Assembly: GCA_026396675.1 (NCBI GenBank)
Contig: JAPLWI010000008.1
Location: forward strand, 42,883 to 106,882
Source of the DNA: Candidatus Kaiserbacteria bacterium
Lineage (GTDB): Bacteria > Patescibacteriota > Minisyncoccia > Phycocordibacterales > Phycocordibacteraceae
Length of the DNA: 64,000 nucleotides
Direction: 5' to 3'
The position numbers and the translations under genes are program-made. The notes under the pieces were generated by a model. That model was not told the DNA's origin and made no database searches. It was given only the letters and a program-made list of their open reading frames with translations. This document shows positions 63,930-64,000 of this stretch, one piece after another (position 1 is the stretch's first letter; every line of letters begins with the position of its first letter).

Positions 63930-64000
63930 GAGTATCTGCTAATTGCTAATCCCACGGCCTAAGCAGGGTGGGCATAGGGGGAAGTATAGGAAATGCGCCA

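Overview
This window looks like a segment of a small, reduced bacterial genome of the Candidate Phyla Radiation / Patescibacteria type. The reasons: about 50% GC, ribosomal proteins carrying lineage-specific extensions, no L30 gene between rpsE and rplO, many short or leaderless 5' leaders, and many small membrane or secreted hypothetical proteins. Most of the window is core housekeeping, largely on the minus strand. It contains groES and a partial groEL, secG, an oligopeptide-type ABC binding protein, RNase J, and the infC-rpmI-rplT operon. It contains a nearly complete S10-spc ribosomal super-operon (rplC through secY-adk-map, then ndk). It contains the str operon (rpsL-rpsG-fusA ... tuf-rpsJ). 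It also contains ksgA, pcrA, comM, rpsO, xerC, xth, cca, rarA, guaB, hupB, four tRNAs and several toxin-antitoxin pairs. The most unusual signals are described in the findings. A ~95-bp terminator-palindrome-promoter module occurs twice, upstream of fusA and of a NYN-domain gene. Foreign small genes are inserted inside the normally contiguous ribosomal operons: between rplE and rpsN, between rpsJ and rplC, and between tuf and fusA. A three-gene secreted / polytopic-membrane operon resembles a VirB6/TrbL-like surface module. An intact xerC is followed 1.1 kb downstream by a diverged relic of a second tyrosine-recombinase C-terminus, and the two bracket a wHTH-GHKL-ATPase-STAS-like gene. A LAGLIDADG-like endonuclease gene overlaps a tRNA-Gly. 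The endonuclease III homolog has lost two of its four Fe-S cysteine ligands. No CRISPR array, rRNA or transposase was seen. All calls rest on reading the translations and sequence by eye; no database search was possible.
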